Positions 44,460-56,203 of a stretch of 64,000 nucleotides of DNA are shown here, piece by piece. Within the stretch, counting starts at the first letter, position 1. Every line of letters starts with the position of its first letter. The notes under the pieces were generated by a model. The model saw only the letters and a program-made list of their open reading frames with translations. It ran no database searches and was not told where the DNA came from. The stretch is from Antedon mediterranea (taxonomy: Eukaryota; Animalia; Echinodermata): NCBI RefSeq assembly GCF_964355755.1, contig NC_092671.1, positions 14,508,001-14,572,000 of the forward strand. The letters run 5' to 3'. The translations under genes and the position numbers were made by a program.

Positions 44460-47400
44460 TGCTGTTTATTCGAAGTTTATCCTATTCTTTATCACTGTGC
44501 TCAAATATACCAAAATGACTATAGTTGAGAACAGTGTTAAACTGCATCGTACATTAATGGTATTTGTTGTATATTGTTAAGTTTATCCTATTCTTTATCA
44601 CTGTGCTCAAGTATACCAAAATGACTATAGTCGAGAACAGTGTTAAACTGGATCGTACATTAATGTTTTTTGTTGTATATTGTTAAGTTTATCCTATTCT
44701 TTATCACTGTTCTCAAGTATACCAAGATGACTATAGTTGAGAACAGTGTTAAACTGGATCGTACATTAATGCTATTTGTTGTATATTATTAAGTTTATCC
44801 TATTCTTTATCACTGTGCTTAAGTATACCAAAATGACTATAGTTGAGAACAGTGTTAAACGGGATCGTACATTAATGTTTTTTGTTGTATATTGTTAAGT
44901 TTATCCTATTCTTTATCACTGTGCTCAAGTATACCAAATTGACTATAGTCGAGAACAGTGTTAAACTGGATCGTACATTAATGTACGTTTTTTGTTGTAT
45001 ATTGTTAAGTTTATCCTATTCTTTATCACTGTTCTCAAGTATACCAAAATGACTATAGTTGAGAACAGTGTTAAACTGGATCGTACATTAATGTTTTTTG
45101 TTGTATATTGTTAAGTTTATCCTATTCTTTATCACTGTTCTCAAGTATACCAAAATGACTATAGTTGAGAACAGTGGTAAACTGGATCGTACATTAATGT
45201 TTTTTGTTGTATATTTTTAAGTTTATCCTATTCTTTATCACTGTGCTCAAGTATACCAAAATGACTATAGTTGAGAACAGTGGTAAACTGGATCGTACAT
45301 TAATGTTTTTTGTTGTATATTTTTAAGTTTATCCTATTCTTTATCACTGTGCTCAAGTATACCAAAATGACTATAGTTGAGAACAGTGTTAAACTGGATC
45401 GTACATTAATGTTTTTTGTTGTATATTTTTAAGTTTATCCTATTCTTTATCACTGTGCTCAAGTATACCAAAATAACTATAGTTGAGAACAGTGGTAAAC
45501 TGGATTGTACATTAATGTTATTTGTTGTATATTATTAAGTTTATCCTATTCTTTATCACTGTGCTCAAGTATACCAAAATGACTATAGTTGAGAACAGTG
45601 TTAAACGGGATCGTACATTAATGTTATTTGTTGTATATTGTTAAGTTTATCCTATTCTTTATCACTGTGCTCAAGTATACCAAAATGACTATAGTTGAGA
45701 ACAGTGTTAAACGGGATCATACATTAATGCTATTTGTTGTATATTATTAAGTTTATCCTATTCTTTATCACTGTGCTCAAGTATACCAAAATGACTATAG
45801 TCGAGAACAGTGTTAAATGGGATCATACATTAATGTTATTTGTTGTATATTGTTAAGTTTATCCTATTCTTTATCACTGTGCTCAAGTATTCCAAAATGA
45901 CTATAGTCGAGAACAGTGTTAAACGGGATCATACATTAATGTTATTTGTTGTATATTATTAAGTTTATCCTATTCTTTATCACTGTGCTCAAGTATACCA
46001 AAATGACTATAGTTGAGAACAGTGTTAAACGGGATCATACATTAATGCTATTTGTTGTATATTATTAAGTTTATCCTATTCTTTATCACTGTGCTTAAGT
46101 ATACCAAATTGACTATAGTCGAGAACAGTGTTAAACTGGATCGTACATTAATGTACGTTTTTTGTTGTATATTGTTAAGTTTATCCTATTCTTTATCACT
46201 GTTCTCAAGTATACCAAAATGACTATAGTTGAGAACAGTGGTAAACTGGATCGTACATTAATGTTTTTTGTTGTATATTTTTAAGTTTATCCTATTCTTT
46301 ATCACTGTGCTCAAGTATACCAAAATGACTATAGTTGAGAACAGTGTTAAACTGGATCGTACATTAATGTTTTTTGTTGTATATTTTTAAGTTTATCCTA
46401 TTCTTTATCACTGTGCTCAAGTATACCAAAATAACTATAGTTGAGAACAGTGGTAAACTGGATCGTACATTAATGTTATTTGTTGTATATTATTAAGTTT
46501 ATCCTATTCTTTATCACTGTGCTCAAGTATACCAAAATGACTATAGTTGAGAACAGTGTTAAACGGGATCATAAAATAATGTTATTTGTTGTATAATGTT
46601 AAGTTTATCCTATTCTTTATCACTGTGCTCAAGTATACCAAAATGACTATAGTTGAGAACAGTGTTAAACGGGATCATACATTAATGCTATTTGTTGTAT
46701 ATTATTAAGTTTATCCTATTCTTTATCACTGTGCTCAAGTATACCAAAATGACTATAGTCGAGAACAGTGTTAAATAGGATCATACATTAATGTTATTTG
46801 TTGTATATTGTTAAGTTTATCCTATTCTTTATCACTGTGCTCAAGTATACCAAAATGACTATAGTCGAGAACAGTGTTAAACGGGATCATACATTAATGT
46901 TATTTGTTGTATATTATTAAGTTTATCCTATTCTTTATCACTGTGCTCAAGTATACCAAAATGACTATAGTTGAGAACAGTGTTAAACGGGATCATACAT
47001 TAATGCTATTTGTTGTATATTATTAAGTTTATCCTATTCTTTATCACTGTGCTCAAGTATACCAAAATGACTATAGTCGAGAACAGTGTTAAATGGGATC
47101 ATACATTAATGTTATTTGTTGTATATTGTTAAGTTTATCCTATTCTTTATCACTGTGCTCAAGTATACCAAAATGACTATAGTTGAGAACAGTGTAAACT
47201 GGATCGTAAATTAATGTTATTTGTTGTATATTATTAAGTTTATCCTATTCTTTATCACTGTGCTCAAGTATACCAAAATGACTATAGTCGAGAACAGTGT
47301 TAAACGGGATCGTACATTAATGCTATTTGTTGTATATTATTAAGTTTATCCTATTCTTTATCACTGTGCTCAAGTATACCAAAATGACTATAGTTGAGAA

Positions 47401-47957
47401 CAGTGTTAAACTGGATCGTACATTAATGCTATTTGTTGTATATTATTAAGTTTATCCTATTCTTTATCACTATGCTCAAGTATACCAAAATGACTATAGT
47501 TGAGAACAGTGTTAAACGGGATCGTACATTAATGTTTTTTGTTGTATATTGTTAAGTTTATCCTATTCTTTATCACTGTTCTCAAGTATACCAAAATGAC
47601 TATAGTTGAGAACAGTGTTAAACTGGATCGTACATTAATGTTTTTTGTTGTATATTGCTAAGTTTATCCTATTCTTTATCACTGTGCTCAAGTATACCAA
47701 AATGACTATAGTTGAGAACAGTGTTAAACGGGATCATACATTAATGTTATTTGTTGTATAATGTTAAGTTTATCCTATTCTTTATCACTGTTCTCAAGTA
47801 TACCAAAATGACTATAGTTGAGAACAGTGTTAAACTGGATCGTACATTAATGTTTTTTGTTGTATATTGTTAAGTTTATCCTATTCTTTATCACTGTGCT
47901 CAAGTATACCAAAATGACTATAGTTGAGAACAGTGTTAAACGGGATCGTACATTAAT
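44460..47957 (-). repeat. Right arm of A: inverted 106-bp tandem array, ~33 copies
   Basis: Reverse complement of the 40800-42715 unit. Confidence 0.95.
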
Positions 47958-48744
47958 TTTATCCTTTGCTTTACTGTGCTTTGATTTGATAAGCAAGTTT
48001 GGTTGCCCCGCCCCCATATGCTGCCTACTAAATTAGGATTCCCTAGCTTTTCTATAAAAATTGAAGTACCCACAATGCACGTTATACGGAAGTCATAGTC
48101 TTGTAAAATACAGACACAATAGTTTTTATCGTATTGTTTTCATTTAAATGTCACTAAGATTGTCTTAAACTACAAACAACTAAAATTAGTGAAGGTATGC
48201 AAGTGTTTCTAAATGTTTACTACTGGTAGTATTAATACAATTTGGATTATATCATTTTCCAGAAAGGTAGAAAAAAACATAAAATAGTTGAGAATTCTCA
48301 ACTAGCCAGGATGGTATAGGAAATATAGCTCGTTTTGTGTGTGTGCGTGAGCTATATATCCAATACCAAATTGGCGAGTAAATCATGTTTTACTTTAAAT
48401 TAAATTTATACGCTCTTCCCCAAGGTCAATTGTTAGTTATACATACATACTATATTAAAACAATGATTTTGAACACGTAGGGCATTTCTTTGAATTCTTT
48501 CCTATCGTCGTTTTGTGGTAATTTACAGCTTTTTATATGTTTAACAAACGTACATAATCAATTGCGTCTGAATCATGCTAGACTACAACTTCCGGTAGTG
48601 ACGTAATCAGCATATTTTTGGGTAATAAAACTTTTTTACTAAGCTAGGGAATCTTCTGATATCAATATTCATTAGACCGTACTTTAGTTAGCCAATCAAA
48701 ATAAACGTATAAACAATTTTGCGGCGATGTTATACATGTTGCTG

Positions 48745-50460
48745 AGTTAAAATATACTGTGTTTTACTATAACCAATTTGGTTAGAGTAAAACACAATGA
48801 TAAAGAATAGGAAACATTTAATAATATGATAAATGACATTTACATAGCAATTTAGCACTGTGTTTTACTATAACCAATTTGGTTATAGTAAAACACAATG
48901 ATATAGAATAGGAAACATTTAATAATATGATAAATGACATTACATATCAATGTATCACTGTGTTTTACTATAACCAATTTGGTTAGAGTAAAACACAATT
49001 ATATAGAATACGAAACGTTTAATAATTTGATAAATTACATAGCAATTTAGCACTGTATTTTACTATAACCAATTTGGAAAGTAAAACACAATGAAAAAGA
49101 ATAGGAAACATTTAATAATTTGATAAATGACATTTACATAGCAATTTAGCACTGTGTTTTACTATAACCAATTTGGTTAGAGTAAAACACAATGATAAAG
49201 AATAGGAAACATTTAATAATATGATAAATGACATTTACATAGCAATTTAGCACTGTGTTTTACTATAACCAATTTAGTTATAGTAAAGCACAATGATATA
49301 CTTTAGAATAGGAAACATTTAATAATATGATAAATTACATTTACATAGCAATTTAGCACTGTTTTACTATAACCAATTTAGTTATAGTAAAACACAATGA
49401 TATACTTTAGAATAGGAAACATTTAATAATATGATAAATTACATTTACATAGCAATTTAGCACTGTGTTTTACTATAACCAATTTGGTTAAAGTAAAACA
49501 CAATGATAAAGAATAGGAAACATTTAATAATATGATAAATGACATTTACATAGCAATTTAGCACTGTGTTTTACTATAACCAATTTGGTTAGAGTAAAAC
49601 ACAATGATAAAGAATAGGAATTTAATAATATGATAAATTACATTTACATAGCAATTTATCACTGTGTTTTACTATAACCAATTTGGTTAAAGTAAAACAC
49701 AATGATAAAGAATAGGAAACATTTAATAATATGATAAATGACATTCACATAGCAATTTATCACTGTGTTTTACTATAACCAATTTGGTTAAAGTAAAACA
49801 CAATGATAAAGAATAGGAAACATTTAATAATATGATAAATGACATTCACATAGCAATTTATCACTGTGTTTTACTATAACCAATTTGGTTAAAGTAAAAC
49901 ACAATGATAAAGAATAGGAAACATTTAATAATATGATAAATGACATTTACATAGCAATTTAGCACTGTGTTTTACTATAACCAATTTGGTTAAAGTAAAA
50001 CACAATGATAAAGAATAGGAAACATTTAATAATATGATAAATTACATTTACATAGCAATTTAGCACTGTGTTTTACTATAACCAATTTGATTAGAGTAAA
50101 ACACAATGATAAAGAATAGGAAACATTTAATAATATGATAAATTACATTTACATAGCAATTTATCACTGTGTTTTACTATAACCAATTTGATTTGGTAAA
50201 ACACAATGATATAGAATAGGAAACATTTAATAATAATGATTATTTACATAGCAATTTATCACTGTGTTTTACTATAACCAATTTGGTTAGAGTAAAACAT
50301 TTAAACTATGATAAATGATATTTAGCACTGTGTTGGATACAGTAAAACACAAATAAAGAATAGGAAACATATAATAATATGATACATTTACATACAAATT
50401 TAGTATTGTGTTTTACCATAGCCAATTTGGTTACAGTAAAACACAATGATAATGAAACAT
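48745..50460 (+). repeat. Left arm of B: 101-bp tandem array, ~17 copies
   Basis: Period of 101 (49703, 49804). The unit contains the palindrome tgtgttttactataaccaatttggttagagtaaaacaca. Confidence 0.95.
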
Positions 50461-50529
50461 TTATTATATGATGTTATTTACATAGCAAAATATTATATTA
50501 AATATATCTTATTATCTAAACGTTATGAT

Positions 50530-52425
50530 AAAGAATAGGATACATATAATGTAATAATATAATAAATACAAGTTACATAGTTAATCATCTTGTTTTACAG
50601 TACCAATTTGGTGACACAGTTAAACACAGTGATAAAGAATAGATACTGTTTTTGGTTATATAACCCTAACCCTAGTTTGAAGCGACATAATAAATTCATC
50701 GCGAAAAAGTACGTATATCGTATTCAGAAACTTTTGAAATTTGTTAGATATGTTTAATAGGTTCTTACGTCTATAAAACAAACAAAAAATATAAATTTCA
50801 CGAAAAATTCGTGATTTTAATAATTTGCAATTCTAAAAATGTACACTTATGAAATACCATACATTTTCCAACACATTTTTACTTCATTGATGATTCCCAG
50901 AAATCAAAATAAAACAAATTATGATATTTCTTTTACATTATAGATGTAAGAACCTATATTGAACATATCTATCAAATTTCAAACGTTTTTTAAGACCATA
51001 CGTATTTTTATCGATGACTAAGTATGTGATCGCTTCAAACTAGGGTTAGGGTTAACCTAACAGTTCCATTCTTTAACACTGTGTTTAACTTTTAACCAAA
51101 TTGCTTTTAGTACAACACAATGATAAACTATGTACATTTTATTTTTCATATTACATTATAGGATACATATAATGTAATATAATAAATACAAGTTACATAG
51201 TTTATCATCTTGTTTTACAGAACCAATTTGGTTACACGGTTAAACACAGTGATAAAGAATAGACACTGTTTTAGGTTATATAACTCTAACCCTAGTTTGA
51301 AGCGATCACATACTTAATTCATCGCGAAAAATTAAATACGTATCGTATTCAGAAACATTTGAAATTTGGTAAATATGTTCAATAGGTTCTTACGTCTATA
51401 AAACAAACAAAAAATAAAAGTTTCAAGACAAATTCGTAATTTTAATAATTTGCATTTCTAAACATTTACACTTATGAAAGACCATACATTTCCAACACAT
51501 TTTTACTTCATTGATGATTCCCAGAAATCAAAATAAAACTATTAGGATATTTCTTTTGCATTATAGATGTAAGAACCTATATTGAACATATCTACCAAAT
51601 ATCAAACGTTTTTCAAGACGATACGTATTTTTAGCGATAAATATTAAATATGTGATCGCTTCAAACTAGGGTTAGGGTTAAATAAACTAAAACAGTTCTA
51701 TTCTTTATCACTCACTGTGTTTAACTTTTAACCAAATTGGTTATAGTAAAACACAATGATAAACTTATATGTAAATTTTATTTTTCATAACATAAAATGT
51801 TTGATATTCTTTATAATATTTAATATTATATTTTAGGCCTACTATTAATGATTATTAATTTTCTACTTCATTGGCGATTCTTACCAAAAAAAAGGATTAA
51901 TTTTGTTATGTATATAGAGCAACCTATTATAACATGTCTTGTATGATTTTTATCTCGTTTCAATGACATTTTATACTACAATTCAAATGAAAAAGCATCA
52001 CAAAAAAATACTTCTGGTATTCAAAAAGTTTCTAAACTTGGTACACAGAAAAAATGATGATATTCTAATGGTTTTATTGTATACTTTTGTGAGAATCATC
52101 AATGAAGTAAAACGAATATGTTGAAAATGTATGGTCTTTCATAAGTGTGAATTTTTAGAAATGCAAATTATTGAAATCATCGATTTGTCTTGAAATTTAT
52201 AATTTGTTTTGTCTTATTGAACATATCTATACAAAATGTCAAACGTTTCTGAATACGATACGTTTTTTTTCGCGATGAATTTATAATGTCGCTTCAAACT
52301 AGAGGGTAGGGTAGTAACCTAACAAGTATCTATTCTTTATCACTATGTTTAACTGTGTAACCATATTGGTTCTAATAAAAAACAATGATAAACTATGTAA
52401 ATTGTATGTTTCATATATTACATTT
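50530..52425. repeat. Three ~620-bp palindromic modules with (TAACCC)2/(GGGTTA)2-tipped inner inverted repeats
   Basis: taaccctaaccctagtttgaagcga...tcgcttcaaactagggttagggtta at 50661-51054 and 51281-51680. A third, inverted and degenerate copy ends at ~52314. Confidence 0.8.
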
Positions 52426-53049
52426 TTGCCAAAAAAAATTATTGGGAATGTCAAATTTCTTTTTCATGACATATATCTACACATTTCAGAAGCTTTTGAA
52501 TACGAGTATTTTACGCGATGTTTTTTTATCCTCATTTTAATATTTTGGTAATGTAATTCACATGCACAAAGTTTTGTATCCAAAATATTGTTTATTTTTG
52601 GTAGAAATGAGGAAATAAATAGTATTCCTGTATAATATAATAATCAATAATAAAGTATAACAAAAAGTGTTGTGTAAACGAACGTTTTTTACGCTTCGAA
52701 TTTTCTGTTACATTATGTTTGAATTGAAGCTACATATATTGAATCATGGACCTATAAATTAGTAATTTATAGGTCCATGATTGAACATATCGTCACTCAC
52801 CACACATTTTTTGTTTTGTATTTCGAAAGTATTTATTCTAAAGAACAATTGATGCAAACATCAACTGCGTATCTTATTTCATTAATTAATTATATTAATT
52901 ATAATTTGGCGATTATTCGTCACACGAAGCGTCGAATATCGATTCATCTCGTCATGGGAAGAAAATGTGCATTGCGCACACTGTTTACGCGCCTCAACAA
53001 TAAACGGCGAATATGCGATTCGTCACTAATTATGGAACGCCGTTTTACA

Positions 53050-53902
53050 CAAGTTTTTGGCGTTGATAGAAATTGCGTCGATGATGAAATTGCGTCGATG
53101 AAAATTGCATCGACGCAATGTAGATTGCGTCGATGCAATTGCGTCGATGAAAATTGCGTCGATGAAAATTGCATCGACGAAAATTGCGTCGATGAAAATT
53201 GCGTCGATGAAAACTGCATCGATGAAAATTGCGTCGATGAAAACTGCATCGATGAAAATTGATGTGACGAATTTAATTGATTATGAAAATTCCAAATGGT
53301 TTTAATTCAATCAATGATGAAAATTACTACTAGTAAAGTAAATGATGATGTTAATAATGATGTTAATAATGTTATTATGTTGCTAAAAATTGACGGTTTC
53401 TGAATATTTTGATATGATAAACATGTTTACCGCTTGCGCTAGCGCGCGTTATAGACAAGCGCACAGTGAGCGCGCACTAAAACAATGTTGAAATATATGC
53501 ACTGATTAACATTTTAGTGATTTATTGTCAACACATTTTAGCAATGGATCCATTATTGTCCTTTCGGACACATTATATCTTCTAGCTAATTGCTTCCGTT
53601 AATCCACCAGTACAGTACATAAAATTCAGATGTCCAGCATCCATGACATCATATTCAAATCATACCGGCAGGGAGATTGCAATTTTCATCGATGAAAACT
53701 GCATCGATGAAAATTTTTTTTTTTTTTCATCGATGTAGTTTTCATCGATGCAGTTTTCATCGACGCAATTTTCATCGACGCAATGTTCATCACATCGACT
53801 TAAATTTTCATTACATCAATACTATATTCATCGACGCAATTTTCATCACATCGACGCAATTTTCATTGCATCATCGACGCGATTTTATCATCGCCTAAAC
53901 TG
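53050..53902. mobile_element. Nested small foldback element with inverted 15-bp tandem repeats
   Basis: (attgcgtcgatgaaa)n at ~53070-53260 and its reverse complement at ~53677-53890. Termini agtttttggcgttgatag / ttatcatcgcctaaact. Confidence 0.75.
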
Positions 53903-54249
53903 GCATTCCATACTAATTGCATGTGATCTGATTGGTGTATTAATAAATTCATCGCGATGAATTTTTCAGTAGATGTAATGAGACAGTTCAGTAGATGCAA
54001 TGACAGTTAATTTAATTGTTCTGCTCTTTTTGTACAAATCTATACTACTTTATATTATGGATGTTGTAGTACTGTTAAAATTATTAAATCTCTGGAAGTG
54101 TGTTTTACGAGTATGTCCGCAAATTTATGCGTTTACGGTTTTAAAAATGCACTACGCACGCAGTATTCCAAAATGTCTTACTAATTGGGAGAAAATCATA
54201 TTGTATCATATCATATTATATCCATTCTTTAAATTCATATTCTTTATCT

Positions 54250-55905
54250 AAAACTAAATTGGTATAGTAAAACACAGTGCTAGCAATTTATCATATTATT
54301 AAATGTTTCCTATTCTTTATCATTGTGTTTTACTCTAATCAAATTGGTATAGTAAAACACAGTGCTAAATTGCTATGTGAATGTCATTTATCATATTTTT
54401 AAATGTTTCCTATTCTTTATCGTTGTGTTTAACTCTAACCAAATTGGTTATAGTAAAATACAGTGATAAATTGCTATGTAAATGTTATATATCGTATTAT
54501 TAAATTCCTATGCTTTATCTAGCCTAGCGGAAGGCGTGCTTTTATTAGGAACAAGGCCAATGCGGGCTTGCCCGCTCCCCTTTATAATGATTGCAATTTT
54601 TATTCTGTTTTATATAAATTCTATGTTTCCGGGTTGTTAAATGTTTATCCTTGTTAATGTTATTTTGCCACCTGCGCTATCAGGAGAGTCTTTTATAGCG
54701 ATATTTTTTGCTTTTTGACAATCCGCCAGGATAGTGTTCTGCGTTTTTTCTCTGCTTGTTGTTGTTCTATGTAATTTATGCTTTTCGTATTTTTTGTTTT
54801 GTTTTATTTTTTCTGGATAATAAATGAATATGAATATAAATATTGTGTTTTACTCTAACCAAATTGGTTGTAGTAAAACACAGTGATAAATTGCTATGTA
54901 ATGACATTTATCATGTTATTAAATGTTTCCTATTCGTTATCGTTGTGTTTTACTCTAGCCAAATTGGTTATAGTAAAACACAGTGCTAAATTACTATGTA
55001 AATGTCATTTATCATGTTATTAAATGTTTCCTATTCTTTATCGTTGTGTTTTACTCTAACCAAATTGGTTATAGTAAAACACAGTGATAAATTGCTATGT
55101 AAATGTAATTTATCATATTATTAAATGTTTCCTATTCTTTATCATTGTGTTTTACTCTAACCAAATTGGTTATAGTAAAACACAGTGATAAATTGCTATG
55201 TAAATGTAATTTATCATGTTATTAAATGTTTCCTATTCTTTATCGTTGTGTTTTACTCAAACCAAATTGGTTATAGTAAAACACAGTGCTAAATTGCTAT
55301 GTAAATGTCATTTATCATGTTATTAAATGTTTCCTATTCTATATCATTGTGTTTTACCATAATCAAATTGGTTATAGTAAAACACAGTGCTAAATTACTA
55401 TGTAAATGTCATTTATCATATTATTAAATGTTTCCTATTCTTTATCATTGTGTTTTACTCTAATCTGATTGATTATAGTAAAACACAGTGCTAAATTGCT
55501 ATGTGAATGTCATTTATCATGTTATTAAATGTTTCCTATTCTTTATCATTGTGCTTTACTCTAACCAAATTGGTTATAGTAAAACACAGTGATAAATTGC
55601 TATGTAAATGTCATTTATCATATTATTAAATGTTTCTTATTCTTTATCATTGTGTTTTACTCTAACCAAATTGGTTATAGTAAAACACAGTGCTAAATTG
55701 CTATGTAAATGTAATTTATCATATTATTAAATGTTTCCTATTCTTTATCATTGTGTTTTACTCTAACCAAATTGGTTATAATTTATTTAATTTCATTTCA
55801 AAAGACATTTACCTAAATTGCTATTTAAATGTCATTTATCAAATTATTAAATGTTTCCTATTATTTATCTGGTTATATTATAGTAAAACACTGTGCTAAA
55901 TTGCT
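54250..55905 (-). repeat. Right arm of B: inverted 101-bp array (~13 copies), interrupted at 54520-54841
   Basis: Reverse complement of the 48745-50460 unit. Confidence 0.93.
54520..54841 (+). mobile_element. 5'-truncated LINE/SINE-like 3' fragment inserted into the B array
   Basis: Splits one unit cleanly between tttatc and attgtg. T-rich body ending in AATAAA plus a (tgaata)n tail. Confidence 0.6.
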
Positions 55906-56203
55906 ATTGTATTAAGGACGAGTTCCGAGAAGATGTATTCAAAGCTACAACCAATCAGAACAGTGTTAATCAATATAGTCCATGGCTACAACCAATCAGA
56001 AACGTCCAAATCGCAATAACCCCTAGGCTAATAGAAAATATTGGTCCAAGTAGCCTTTTCAACCAGACGTTGCGAGGTTTAAAAAGTAAAACATGATTTA
56101 CTCGCCAGTTTGGTATAGTTTATATACCTGTGTGCGTGCAGGGGGAAAACCGCCGCTCTTTATATTATGCAGTTTTGGTTGGCCTAAATCTAACGAAAAA
56201 AAC

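Larger units (their letters stand above)
40478..48330. mobile_element. Foldback/MULE-like non-autonomous element A (~7.85 kb)
   Basis: Imperfect TIRs: aggtatataaaatataccaaattggctagttgagaattctcaactatt and aatagttgagaattctcaactagccaggatggtataggaaatatagct. Inverted arms of 106-bp tandem units. No transposase ORF. Target-site duplication unclear. Confidence 0.8.
48350..56129. mobile_element. Foldback/MULE-like non-autonomous element B (~7.8 kb) with a 9-bp target-site duplication
   Basis: TIRs agctatatatccaataccaaattggcgagtaaatcatgttttacttt and aaagtaaaacatgatttactcgccagtttggtatagtttatatacct. Flanked by the direct repeat gtgtgcgtg at 48341-48349 and 56130-56138. Inverted arms of 101-bp units. 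Confidence 0.85.

Noticed and set aside
40477-48335. 4-bp TSD GTTT with CAG...CTC termini (Sola-like) for element A
   Set aside because: Possible, but 4 bp is weak evidence. The homologous element B shows a perfect 9-bp duplication with AG...CT ends. Left unresolved.
50661-51680. Interstitial telomere or chromosome-fusion site
   Set aside because: Only two hexamers per site, embedded in a repeat module.
52777-53960. ORFs with DENCV/SSTQF/ASMKI pentapeptide repeats
   Set aside because: They are translations of the stop-free 15-bp repeat, open in several frames and on both strands.
40800-55905. CRISPR-like appearance of regularly spaced palindromic repeats
   Set aside because: The sequence between palindromes is identical from unit to unit (no unique spacers), there are no cas genes, and the context is eukaryotic.
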